62,846 nt of DNA from Candidatus Latescibacterota bacterium (GTDB lineage: Bacteria; Latescibacterota; 4484-107): positions 1 to 62,846 of the forward strand of contig JAZDJA010000164.1 of NCBI GenBank assembly GCA_043804415.1, read 5' to 3'. The position numbers and the translations under genes are program-made. The notes under the pieces were generated by a model. That model made no database searches. It had not been told where the DNA came from and saw only the letters and a program-made list of their open reading frames with translations. Of the stretch, positions 47,160 through 58,550 are shown in pieces; within the stretch, counting starts at the first letter, position 1; each line of letters opens with the position of its first letter.

Positions 47160-47519
47160 ATGTGCAGGGCAGCGGGATTGGGAGCGATCGTCTGTGCGGG
47201 AATCCTGCTTGTCTCCGGGCGATGGGATGTCTCAATCGGTTTTGTAGTAGGAACTTGCATCAGTATCATGAATTTTCACCTGATGGCGGGAGATATATCC
47301 AAGGCGCTTTCGGTTCGTGCAGGGAAGGCAAGTGGCGTGGCTGCCGGCCGGTATTTTCTGCGTTTCATCACCCTTGGGCTCCTGTTGGTGCTCCTGTTTA
47401 CGCGCACCCATATCCATGTGGCCAGCACGCTGGCAGGACTGCTGTCCGTGCAGGCGGTGATCTATCTTTGGGAGGTCGGGGCATTCGTAGCGGAGAAAAT
47501 AGTCAGGAAGGATCCATGA
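47160..47519 (+). CDS. atpI: ATP synthase subunit I
   Basis: ~119 aa. A hydrophobic four-helix profile immediately upstream of atpB. Start is uncertain (47106-47160). Confidence 0.65.
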   Translation: MCRAAGLGAIVCAGILLVSGRWDVSIGFVVGTCISIMNFHLMAGDISKALSVRAGKASGVAAGRYFLRFITLGLLLVLLFTRTHIHVASTLAGLLSVQAVIYLWEVGAFVAEKIVRKDP

Positions 47520-47581
47520 GCCGCCCTTTCTCCTGCCCAAAAAATATCTCAGGAAGTGACAGCGGATATGATTCGGAGTTG

Positions 47582-48427
47582 ATGGCGAGAGAGGAACAAA
47601 GGATGTCGAAAAAACACTGGATTGCGCTCTTGGTCATTCTCTTGGTAGAGGTGGGGCTGGCGTGGAAAGCGCCCGTGTTAGAGGTGGGGCTGGCGTGGAA
47701 AGCGCCCGTGGTAGAGGTGGGGCTGGTGTGGAAAGTGCCCGAGGAGAACATGGCGGAGAAGATCGGGAAGGTACAACAGTGGGAGTTTAAAGTGAAGGGT
47801 CATAATGTGGTGGTCAATAGCCGGACAGCCCTGACGAGTTTTCTGGTGATGGGGATTTTGATCGTTTCAGCCGCAGGGATAAGACGGAGTTTGAGAAAAC
47901 TTCCGGGTCGGTGGCAAAGCGTATTTGAGTTGATCGTGGGATTTTTCGACGGCCTGATTCGGGATACCCTGGGTCCGGGAAACCGGCGCTATCTTCCGCT
48001 GATCGGGAGTTTGTTTGTGTTCCTGTGGGTCTCGAACTTGATCGGAGTGATCCCCACATTCGAGGAACCTACGCGGGATCTCAATGTTCCGATGGGCTGT
48101 ATGCTGGTGGTCTTGGTGGTCGTGCACGCCAGCGCCATCCGGGCCAAAGGGCTGAAGAACTATATCAAGGGATATGCCCAGCCCTTTGTGGTGCTTTTGC
48201 CGCTCAACGTGATCGGAGAGATGGCCAAGGGCGTTTCGCTGGCGTTTCGTCTTTTCGGGAACGTGCTGGGTGGCGCGATCATCATCGTGGTCATTTCGAG
48301 CTTGGTTCGACATATTCTGCTTCCGGTCGGTCTGAGTCTGTTCTTTGGGATATTCGTGGGTACGATCCAGGCTTTTGTATTTGCGATGCTTTCGTTGACC
48401 TACATCGCGGTAGCGGTCAATGACTGA
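47582..48427 (+). CDS. atpB: F0F1 ATP synthase subunit a
   Basis: Conserved LSLAFRLFGNVLGG (essential Arg) and TIQAFVFAMLSLTYI. Alternative start at ATG 47603. The upstream part of the listed 421-aa ORF overlaps atpI and is not coding. Confidence 0.9.
   Translation: MAREEQRMSKKHWIALLVILLVEVGLAWKAPVLEVGLAWKAPVVEVGLVWKVPEENMAEKIGKVQQWEFKVKGHNVVVNSRTALTSFLVMGILIVSAAGIRRSLRKLPGRWQSVFELIVGFFDGLIRDTLGPGNRRYLPLIGSLFVFLWVSNLIGVIPTFEEPTRDLNVPMGCMLVVLVVVHASAIRAKGLKNYIKGYAQPFVVLLPLNVIGEMAKGVSLAFRLFGNVLGGAIIIVVISSLVRHILLPVGLSLFFGIFVGTIQAFVFAMLSLTYIAVAVND
47645..47743 (+). repeat. 33-bp x3 in-frame tandem repeat inside the atpB 5' region
   Basis: Units at 47645-47677, 47678-47710 and 47711-47743, encoding VEVGLAWKAPV / LEVGLAWKAPV / VEVGLVWKVPE. 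Confidence 0.9.
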
Positions 48428-48545
48428 AAACGCGAGACGCAAAGCGACCGCCTCCTTCCCGTTTTGGGCGCCAGGGGGTTGCCTTGCGTTTTGTGGTGCA
48501 TGGTAGCTTCAAAGGGGGACAGGGCAATTTTCGGGAGGAACACGG

Positions 48546-49025
48546 ATGGATTTTGGTGAAATGGCTCGGTATCTTGGGGCGGGCATTGCGGTGGGATTTG
48601 GCGGAATGGGAGCGGGGATCGGCGAGGGGATGTGCGCGCAGGAGGCCAATGCGGCGATCGCCCGGCAGCCCAAGGTGTCGGACCAGATTGTGCGGACGAT
48701 GTTGGTCGCCCAGGCCGTGGCGGAAACCCCGGCCATTTTTGCCCTGTTGGTGGCCTTTATGCTCGTTTTCGGCGAGACCGCGGGAGAAGGATTGGTGCGT
48801 TTGGCAATCCCGCTTGGGGCGGGAATTGCCATGGGACTCGGAGGATTGGGACCGGGCGTGGGAGCGGGCATCGCGGGCGCGAAGGCTTGCGAGGGGATTG
48901 GCCGTCAGCCTCACCTTTCCGGCTTGTTGACGCGGACGATGTTGATTGGACAGGCGATCTCACAGTCAACGGCCGTATATTCGCTGGTGATTGCCCTGTT
49001 GCTGATTTTTGTGATCGGACAATGA
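48546..49025 (+). CDS. atpE: duplicated (four-helix, two-hairpin) F0 c subunit
   Basis: 159 aa. Hairpin 1 is GIGEG...ARQP...AQAVAETPAIFALLVAF. Hairpin 2 is GVGAG...GRQP...[23 protein letters not shown], with Gln at the carboxylate position. Confidence 0.85.
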   Translation: MDFGEMARYLGAGIAVGFGGMGAGIGEGMCAQEANAAIARQPKVSDQIVRTMLVAQAVAETPAIFALLVAFMLVFGETAGEGLVRLAIPLGAGIAMGLGGLGPGVGAGIAGAKACEGIGRQPHLSGLLTRTMLIGQAISQSTAVYSLVIALLLIFVIGQ

Positions 49026-49088
49026 AGAAACCTCCGGAATCTGGCAGGTCTCAGATGCTTCGGGAGGCAGGTCGATGTGAGAAGTTAA

Positions 49089-49367
<279 letters not shown>

Positions 49368-49483
49368 CCAACTTCGGGTAGAGTGGAGGCTGTGGGACCG
49401 TCAGGGCAAGGAAAAAGGCGAGAACGCCTGTGCCTCTCCCTCCCCTGCCCTCTGCCGTTACCAACTAAATACTGGAACGAACT

Positions 49484-49963
49484 ATGATTACGGTCAACTA
49501 TACGCTGCTTCTGACAATCCTCAATTTTCTGATCCTGATCTACGTGCTCAAGAAGCTCCTTTGGGGACCTCTGACGAAGTTTCTGGACGATCGTGCCCAT
49601 GGGATCGAGGAGTCCATTCGGGCCGCGCAGGTCAACAAAGAGGAAGCACAGCGGCTTGTGGAACAGCAGGAGGAGGCGCTCCGGAAGGCTCGGGTCGAAG
49701 CCAGGGAAATTGTGGATCGGTCCGTGGCGGAAGCTTCCCGAGAGGCCAAAAACGTTCGCCTCGAAGGCGAGAACCAGGCCAGGAAGATCATCGAGCAAGG
49801 TCGCGCTGATATCGCGTTGGAGGTGGCGCAGGCAAAACTGGAGCTGCGAAACGAGGCGGCAGATCTTTCAATCCTGCTGGCGGAGCGGATTCTTCAACGG
49901 AGCCTGGGGAAGGATGATCATCGGATGCTGATTGAAACCGCACTGCGCGAGTGGAACAACTAG
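49484..49963 (+). CDS. atpF: F0F1 ATP synthase subunit b
   Basis: 159 aa. Single N-terminal TM (LLLTILNFLILIYVLKKLLW), then a long charged helix. Confidence 0.88.
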   Translation: MITVNYTLLLTILNFLILIYVLKKLLWGPLTKFLDDRAHGIEESIRAAQVNKEEAQRLVEQQEEALRKARVEAREIVDRSVAEASREAKNVRLEGENQARKIIEQGRADIALEVAQAKLELRNEAADLSILLAERILQRSLGKDDHRMLIETALREWNN

Positions 49964-50041
49964 GCCAAGCAAGCATTTACTGGTACTGGGAAAGAAGCGC
50001 TTTGAAGTTCTCTTCCTTTACGTGTTTTATGAAGGTTATCC

Positions 50042-50590
50042 ATGGCGACGGAACAACACACGGCCAGGCGATATGCAAGAGCGCTGATCGAGATGGGAAA
50101 GGACCGCGGGAAGGTGGCGGAGATGAGGGAGGAACTTCTTGGTCTCGGCGCCCTGTTTGGGGGGAAGGAGCCGCTCGGTGTCTGGTTCAACAGCCCCTTG
50201 ATACCGTTGGCTGCAAAGAAGCAAAGTATCGAAAGCCTGTCGGAACGAGGGAATATGCCAGGATGGATGCGGGGGTTAATGAATCTATTGGTCGTGAAGC
50301 ACCGCTGTTTCCTTGTTCCTGAAATTGTCGAGCAGTATAGGTTGATGGCCGATGACGTGTTGGGACGTGTGCGCGTTTCCGTATCCACGGCCCGGGAGAT
50401 GGATCGAGAAACGAAGCGGCTTCTGGAGGAGCAGTTGCGGGCGCGGTGGGGGGAACAGATTGACGTAAAAACTCATGTGGACGAAAAGCTTTTGGGTGGT
50501 ATTGTGGTGGAGGCACAGGGGATGGTGATGGACGGGAGCTTGAAGGGACAGTTGGGGCGGATGCGCGCGCAACTGGGAGGGGCAGACTAG
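50042..50590 (+). CDS. atpH: F0F1 ATP synthase subunit delta (OSCP)
   Basis: 182 aa. ARRYARAL start and C-terminal LLGGIVVEAQGMVMDGSLKGQL. Confidence 0.88.
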   Translation: MATEQHTARRYARALIEMGKDRGKVAEMREELLGLGALFGGKEPLGVWFNSPLIPLAAKKQSIESLSERGNMPGWMRGLMNLLVVKHRCFLVPEIVEQYRLMADDVLGRVRVSVSTAREMDRETKRLLEEQLRARWGEQIDVKTHVDEKLLGGIVVEAQGMVMDGSLKGQLGRMRAQLGGAD

Positions 50591-52330
<1,740 letters not shown>

Positions 52331-52468
52331 CCCATTTTGGATGAGGGATGAAGGTTCGCGCGGAGCGGGCGGGGAAGTGCAGCGAGCAGAAACCGGGCGG
52401 GGTGATTTGCAGTCCTTGGCGGTCTCTGTGGGTAGATGGGATGAATCCGAAATCGAAAAAGGACGGTT

Positions 52469-53341
52469 ATGCCCACCATACGGGATATTCAAAGACGGAT
52501 TGAGAGTGTGCAGAGCACGCGACAGATAACCAATACCATGCAGATGGTTTCCGCGGCGAAGCTTCGAAGGGCGCAGGAGCGGATTTTTTCGGCGCGTCCC
52601 TATTCCGATGCCTTGGATCGCGTGTTGCATAGTCTCGCGAGGAGGGCCACGCGGGATGCGCATCCGCTGCTTGGGGAGCGAAAGTCGGTCGGAAAGGTCG
52701 GACTGGTGGTGGTTACGGCAGATCGGGGGCTTTGCGCCGGTTTCAACGGGAATATTCTCCGCCGGGCGAGCGCCTATCTCGGGGAACGCGCGCACGGGGA
52801 GGTCCTTCTCTATGCGGTGGGGCGCAAGGCGCGCGATTTCTTTCGTCATCGGGGGATGCCGGTAGCAGGTGAGCTGACCCAGCTTTTCGATCGGCTGGAA
52901 TATCGCCACAGTCATCATATCGTAAAAGATCTGATCGCGTGGTACCTGAAAGGCGAAGTGGATCGGGTGGATCTGATCTACAACGAGTTCAAGTCCGTGA
53001 TCCGCCAGAATGTGGTTGTGCGCCAATTACTCCCCATCCTCCCTTCGGAGCCGAATCCGAATGAAACGCGAACCGATTACCTGTATGAACCCTCGGAATG
53101 GGAGGTTTTCGATAGGCTGTTGCCCCGCCATCTGACCACTCAGGTGTGGCGGATGTTGCTGGAGTCCTCGGCAGCCGAGCAGGGCGCCCGGATGACGGCG
53201 ATGGAGTCCGCAACAGATAATGCGGACGAGATGGTCGAAACATTGACACTGAGCTACAATAAAGCCCGACAGGGCGCGATCACCACTGAGCTTCTGGATA
53301 TTGCGGGTGGGGCGGAGGCCTTGCAGTCGGCTGCCGGATGA
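52469..53341 (+). CDS. atpG: F0F1 ATP synthase subunit gamma
   Basis: 290 aa. IRDIQRRIESVQSTRQITNTMQMVSAAKLRRAQ start and C-terminal ITTELLDIAGGAEAL. Confidence 0.94.
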   Translation: MPTIRDIQRRIESVQSTRQITNTMQMVSAAKLRRAQERIFSARPYSDALDRVLHSLARRATRDAHPLLGERKSVGKVGLVVVTADRGLCAGFNGNILRRASAYLGERAHGEVLLYAVGRKARDFFRHRGMPVAGELTQLFDRLEYRHSHHIVKDLIAWYLKGEVDRVDLIYNEFKSVIRQNVVVRQLLPILPSEPNPNETRTDYLYEPSEWEVFDRLLPRHLTTQVWRMLLESSAAEQGARMTAMESATDNADEMVETLTLSYNKARQGAITTELLDIAGGAEALQSAAG

Positions 53342-53486
53342 TCGGTAGGGCGGCTCTTTCCCGTGGGTTCCTGCAATGCTCCAAGGTGCTTGGGTCTCCC
53401 TGCAGGACGGGCTTCGAAGCACCCGATCGGGTATGTGCGGTTGCGATATCCCTGCCGGGATTCTGAGGGATGATCGAGGTGAGTAA

Positions 53487-54539
53487 ATGAGGGGCGTCTT
53501 CCAACGTGTTTTATCAGGATGCGGGGAAGACGCTTTTTTCATGCTGCGAAAAAGGAATCCCTGCGCGCTCCAAGATGCGCGCATTTTCGCCATAGGGTTA
53601 GCGGATATGACTTGGGACAAGGCGATTGACTCCTACAACGAAGGGGTGGCCGCGGCAAAAGAAGGGCGGCTTGACGACGCTGCCGAACTGCTGAAAGCGG
53701 CGGTCTTTCAGGACCCTACCCACGTCAATTCGCACAATGTCCTCGGGAAGGTGTTGATCCGAACGGGCGCGGTCCGGCAAGCCCAAACCTGCTGGAAAAC
53801 CGCGTTGACCTTGGATCCATCGAATGAAACCGCCCGGGCATGTCTGCGTTCGTTGGGGAAGAAACGCCTGAAGCGGGTTTTGCGGTCTTTGACATGGGGA
53901 ACGGGGATCGGGATCGTGTTGGGGGTGTTGCTGAGCATCAATTGGGGAACTACTTGGGTCCGCGCGGACATTCGCAGGCTGTCGGCGCTGTTTGGTGATC
54001 GACCGGTCTCCTCCGAAGAGTTCCCCCAAGCGCCAGCCTCCGTGCCTGTCCTGGAAGCTGTGACGTCCGCTGCGTCCTCAAACGCCCCCGAAAGGGATTC
54101 TGAGGGGCCTATTGTGTCCCAGACGCCCGTATGGGAGAAGGAAATGCGTGCAAGTTACCAATCTGCCGAGCGAGACTACCGGGAAAGGAATTTCTCGCTG
54201 GCCATGGGCAATTTTTCAGCTGTAATTGAAGTTCCCCACCCCCATCCCTTGAAGGACAATGCCCAATACTGGATCGGGGAGTGCTGGTATGCCCAGGGCC
54301 AATACCAACGGGCTTTGACCTCCTTTGAGAAGGTGCGCACACGCTATCCCCATGGAAACAAGGTGCTGCATGCCCATATTAAGGAAGCCTACTGCTATTA
54401 CAGACTCGGCCAGACTGCCAAAGCGAGGGCATCCCTGGTGCGCTTGCAGCAAAGAGGCACTCAGGATTCCGATGCGTTGGAGGCGATGCGGAGGCTTTCC
54501 AGTATACTTGGCTCTGAGAGGAGCACGAACCGTCTGTAA
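53487..54539 (+). CDS. membrane-anchored TPR protein with YbgF/CpoB-like C-terminal domain
   Basis: N-terminal TPR, then TM (GTGIGIVLGVLLSI). The C-terminus, NAQYWIGECWYAQGQYQRALTSFEKVRTRYPHGNKVLHAHIKEAYCYYRLGQ, is typical of YbgF. ATG 53607 is a plausible true start. Confidence 0.7.
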   Translation: MRGVFQRVLSGCGEDAFFMLRKRNPCALQDARIFAIGLADMTWDKAIDSYNEGVAAAKEGRLDDAAELLKAAVFQDPTHVNSHNVLGKVLIRTGAVRQAQTCWKTALTLDPSNETARACLRSLGKKRLKRVLRSLTWGTGIGIVLGVLLSINWGTTWVRADIRRLSALFGDRPVSSEEFPQAPASVPVLEAVTSAASSNAPERDSEGPIVSQTPVWEKEMRASYQSAERDYRERNFSLAMGNFSAVIEVPHPHPLKDNAQYWIGECWYAQGQYQRALTSFEKVRTRYPHGNKVLHAHIKEAYCYYRLGQTAKARASLVRLQQRGTQDSDALEAMRRLSSILGSERSTNRL

Positions 54540-54958
54540 GAGGTTGCGCCAGATGGCGTGTATGGTCGTGAAGCCGCAGACCTGTGGGAATGACCGCACG
54601 CACGGTTTTGTCGGGGCTTCGCCTTTGTTGCGCCGAGAGAATGCCTGCAGGAAAGCAGCCTGGTGGCCATGCTGTTCGCCCGAAGCAGTCCCCGTTTCCC
54701 CGCCCATTCCCCCCCCCTGAAAAGCGCAATGGCCCCTTCGTAAAAATCCCCCCGCCGGAGCAGACGAGCACTTCATCGGACCCGATCGCGCCATCCGAGG
54801 GCACGCCATATTGCTCCCCATACAAGCAAAGACCGGACCGCGGTCTCCTGTGTTTTGGTGATGCGGATGGCGCAGGACGCGCCCCGAACGGCGAAAATCC
54901 GGGGCAAGGAGGGATGCCCATTGACTCCCATCGTTCGGGCAGTCTGAACAGACATCGC

Positions 54959-55720
54959 TTACGCTTTATTGGGTTTTCCCAAGAGGTCTCGGATCTCGCT
55001 GTGCAGAATCCCATTGGTGGCCAATACGTCGTATCCGCCGTCCGGGGTAGGACGGGCATCGATGTATCCCCCGGCCTCCGTTACAAGAAGGGCTCCGGCG
55101 GCCATATCCCACGTCCTGATCCCGTATTCCACGTATCCGTCGAAGCGACCCATCGCCACATAGCTGAGATTGAGCGCGGCCGATCCCATCACGCGCATCT
55201 TGCTGGCGCGGTAGGCCAATCGCCCGAAGCGCTCCAGTCCGCGCCGGATGGCATCCTCTGTCTTCATGAATCCACAGGTGATGAAACTCGCTTCCATCCG
55301 GTCAACTGCGCTGGCGTGGATAGGCATTCCGTTTACGCGGGCGCCTCCATTTTTCTCGGCAGTGAATAGTTCGTCCGCGAGCGGATCATACACCACCCCA
55401 AGCACGGTCTCCTCATGGTACCTGAGCGCGATGGACGTGCAGAAATGCGGCACCCCGCGAAAGAAATTTGCGGTCCCGTCCAAAGGATCGATAATCCATG
55501 TAAAGGGAGACAGCCGGTCCTGCTGCCCACTTTCCTCAGCCCATATCGCAGAATCGGGGCTCTGTTCCCGGATCACCTCGATGATGCGCTCCTCACAGAG
55601 GCGATCCACCTCGAGCTTCACGTCATAGTGCTTCTGCTCATCCACCTTCAGTTCGGTGCCAAAATGCTCCTTGAGAATGGAACCGGCTGCCTGCGCTGCC
55701 GCTATCGCTACCTCGATCAT
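54959..55720 (-). CDS. inositol monophosphatase family protein (SuhB-like)
   Basis: 253 aa. WIIDPLDGTANF and WDMAAGALLV motifs. Confidence 0.9.
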   Translation of the reverse strand: MIEVAIAAAQAAGSILKEHFGTELKVDEQKHYDVKLEVDRLCEERIIEVIREQSPDSAIWAEESGQQDRLSPFTWIIDPLDGTANFFRGVPHFCTSIALRYHEETVLGVVYDPLADELFTAEKNGGARVNGMPIHASAVDRMEASFITCGFMKTEDAIRRGLERFGRLAYRASKMRVMGSAALNLSYVAMGRFDGYVEYGIRTWDMAAGALLVTEAGGYIDARPTPDGGYDVLATNGILHSEIRDLLGKPNKA

Positions 55721-56203
55721 GCGCTACCCCTCTCTTGTGGGATGGATCTCCCCTCGGAATCTGGATCGCATTCGCTCATTCCCCTTGCTACTCTGGAGGC
55801 GCCCGCAAGCCCCAGTTTTTGCCCGTGAAGATTGCACCATGTCCCCCCGGGGCTTGCACCCCGATTCTTGGGTGATCCGATCGCGGGAGGTTCCACGCGC
55901 ATCCGGCATGCGCGGGGGCGCAGCCATTGTCCAGGCTAAGAGTTATCAAATCACCGAATAGGAGTCGTTCCACCCGGCGCAAAGGGTCCTCTTGTCTTCT
56001 TCCCCCAAAAGATACCACGGCGATGTCATGTTCGCAAGGACTTTTGTGACACTGCCGAGTCGGGCTGGTTCGCCCCGGACGCCCCAGACAGCGAATTGGT
56101 CCCCCGCACCAGACCTGGCCTTCTCCACGTTTTTCAGGTATTTCCCTTCCGATGGTGGGCTGCCTGCGATTATTCCCTTTCCCGGGGGATTCGCATATTT
56201 TGA

Positions 56204-56232
56204 TTGACAAAGAGCACCAGTTTGCTTATTTT
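56204..56232 (+). promoter_or_regulatory. sigma70-type promoter (TTGACA-17 nt-TATTTT) upstream of accD
   Basis: ttgaca aagagcaccagtttgct tatttt. Confidence 0.55.
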
Positions 56233-56324
56233 TAGCAGACTTTCGTTACGCGTTGCGCGCACTTTGCCTCACTTCTTGTCCAATCATTCCTGCACTACCC
56301 GTTGTTTTGGCCTGGGAGGCGCTC

Positions 56325-57179
56325 ATGAACTGGTTCGATCGGATGAAATCCGGGTTCAATACTCATCGGAAGAAAGAGCTTCCCGACGGGGTTTGGATCA
56401 AATGCGATGGGTGCGCCACTACCCTCTATCGCAAAGAATTGGAACACTCGCAATGGGTCTGTCATCACTGTGGCCATCATTTTCGCATCCCGTATACCCA
56501 CTATCTGCGCATCCTGCTCGACGAAGGCACAGCCCTGGAAGTCGGCGCTGGGATCACTTCGGCTGATCCGCTGAGGTTCCGGGCCGTAAAGCGCTACACG
56601 GAGAAGATCAAAGACAGCAGGAAACTCACAGGGATGAATGACGCCATCTGGACGGGCACGGGAGTTATGGGCGGACATCCCGTGGCCCTTGGCGTGATGG
56701 ATTTTCGCTTTATCGGCGCCAGTATGGGATCGGCGGTGGGCGAGAAAATAGCGCGGCTGGTAGTGCGGGCCATGGAGAATCGATTGCCGGTGATCATCAT
56801 TGCCACCTCCGGAGGTGCGCGCATGCAGGAAGGCGCGCTTTCACTGATGCAGATGGCCAAGACGAGCATGATGCTGGGGCAATTGTCGGATGCCGGATTG
56901 CCTTTTATCTCCGTGATGACGGATCCCACGACCGGAGGGGTTACCGCCAGTTTTGCGATGCTCGGGGATATACTCCTCGCGGAACCCAAAGCATTAATTG
57001 GCTTTGCCGGGCCAAGGATCATCAAGGAAACGCTCCAGCGCGAGGAGCTGCCCGAAGGATTCCAGCGTTCGGAGTCGGTTCTGGCCAACGGTTTTCTGGA
57101 TCGGATCGTGGACCGGCGGGAAATGAAGGCCACGCTGTCCCAATTCGTGGGCCTCCTTATGGGCGCAAAGGCGGGATAG
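56325..57179 (+). CDS. accD: acetyl-CoA carboxylase carboxyltransferase subunit beta
   Basis: 284 aa from ATG 56325 (GGGAGG RBS). Zn-ribbon CDGC..CHHCGHH and SGGARMQEG. Confidence 0.94.
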   Translation: MNWFDRMKSGFNTHRKKELPDGVWIKCDGCATTLYRKELEHSQWVCHHCGHHFRIPYTHYLRILLDEGTALEVGAGITSADPLRFRAVKRYTEKIKDSRKLTGMNDAIWTGTGVMGGHPVALGVMDFRFIGASMGSAVGEKIARLVVRAMENRLPVIIIATSGGARMQEGALSLMQMAKTSMMLGQLSDAGLPFISVMTDPTTGGVTASFAMLGDILLAEPKALIGFAGPRIIKETLQREELPEGFQRSESVLANGFLDRIVDRREMKATLSQFVGLLMGAKAG

Positions 57180-57383
57180 GCGGTCCTTTGCAGGGAAATT
57201 GCGTGCGTCCAAACAAGGCGAAGACATTTCTTCCCGGTTCCACGTAGGAGGTGCGCCCTCTGCAGTCGCCCCCAGCCTGTGGACGGCGCCAAGAAAGGGA
57301 AAGCGCCCGGGATTGGAGTCCTGCTCTTTTTTTGCGCGCCGGGAAACGGTGTTTACACCTCCTGACAATGATGAGGTCTCTCC

Positions 57384-58487
57384 ATGGCCGAAGTCGTGCT
57401 CAAATCCGTGCGTAAAGTCTTCGACAAGGACGTTGTGGCTGTGGAGCGGATTGATCTTTCGGTTGCGGATAAGGAATTCGTGGTGCTTGTGGGACCTTCC
57501 GGATGCGGGAAATCCACCACGCTGCGGATGATAGCCGGGCTGGAGGAGGTCACAGAGGGCGAGATAACCATAGACGGCCGTCGGGTAAACGACGTGTCGC
57601 CCAAGGATCGCGACATTGCGATGGTTTTCCAGAACTATGCGCTGTATCCCCACATGACGGTGTATCAGAATATGGCCTTCGGGCTGAAGCTGCGAAAGAT
57701 CCCAAAGACGGAGATTGACGAACGGGTGCGCGAGGCTGCGGGGATTCTGGGCATCACTGATCTTCTGGGCCGAAAACCCAAGGCGCTTTCGGGCGGCCAG
57801 CGTCAACGCGTGGCCGTGGGCCGGGCCATCGTGCGGAAACCCAAGGTTTTTCTTTTTGACGAACCCCTCTCCAACCTCGATGCGAAGCTTAGAACGCAGA
57901 TGCGCACGGAAATCAGCAAGCTGCACACCGCTCTGTCGGCCACGATGATCTACGTCACCCACGATCAGATGGAGGCGATGACGATGGGAGAGCGGATCGT
58001 GGTGCTCAAGGAGGGGTCGATCCAGCAGACGGATACCCCGCTTGCCCTGTATGACAGGCCTTCCAACCGGTTTGTGGCGGGCTTCATCGGAAGTCCGGCG
58101 ATGAATTTTCTCGAGGGGCGTATCGGGAAAGACGGCGGATTGTTTTTCGAGCGCAGGGGTCTTCGGGTAAAAATCCCAAAGCAATACGAATCGATGCTCC
58201 ACGATCGTGTGGGAAAAACGATCACACTCGGCATTCGCCCTGAGAGTCTGTTCGATCCGCGGTTTTGCGAGACGGCTGAGGAAAAGGGGGAGTTTGACGC
58301 GGTGGTGGACGTGGTGGAGCCAATGGGAAACGAGATTTTCCTGTATGTGCATGTGGACGAGGCACCGCTGGTGGCGCGCCTCGGCACGAGGTTCGTTCCA
58401 AAGGTGGGTGAGGAGATGACGTTGGTGATGGACGTGAGTGCCTGTCATTTTTTTGACAACGATACGGGGGAGCGTTTGTCGGGGTAG
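57384..58487 (+). CDS. sugar ABC transporter ATP-binding protein (MalK/UgpC/MsmX type), with no adjacent permeases
   Basis: 367 aa. GPSGCGKST, LSGGQRQR, FLFDEPLSNLD, and a C-terminal regulatory/TOBE-like domain. Confidence 0.9.
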   Translation: MAEVVLKSVRKVFDKDVVAVERIDLSVADKEFVVLVGPSGCGKSTTLRMIAGLEEVTEGEITIDGRRVNDVSPKDRDIAMVFQNYALYPHMTVYQNMAFGLKLRKIPKTEIDERVREAAGILGITDLLGRKPKALSGGQRQRVAVGRAIVRKPKVFLFDEPLSNLDAKLRTQMRTEISKLHTALSATMIYVTHDQMEAMTMGERIVVLKEGSIQQTDTPLALYDRPSNRFVAGFIGSPAMNFLEGRIGKDGGLFFERRGLRVKIPKQYESMLHDRVGKTITLGIRPESLFDPRFCETAEEKGEFDAVVDVVEPMGNEIFLYVHVDEAPLVARLGTRFVPKVGEEMTLVMDVSACHFFDNDTGERLSG

Positions 58488-58550
58488 GGGATTCTGGGGG
58501 TTTTCAGGGAGTTCCCCATACGCCCTTCCCGAGTCCGAGAAGGAGCAGGG

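Noticed and set aside
47645-47743. Regularly spaced repeats as a possible CRISPR array.
   Set aside because: The units are directly adjacent with no spacers, in frame and inside atpB. No cas genes or repeat-spacer structure exist anywhere in the window.
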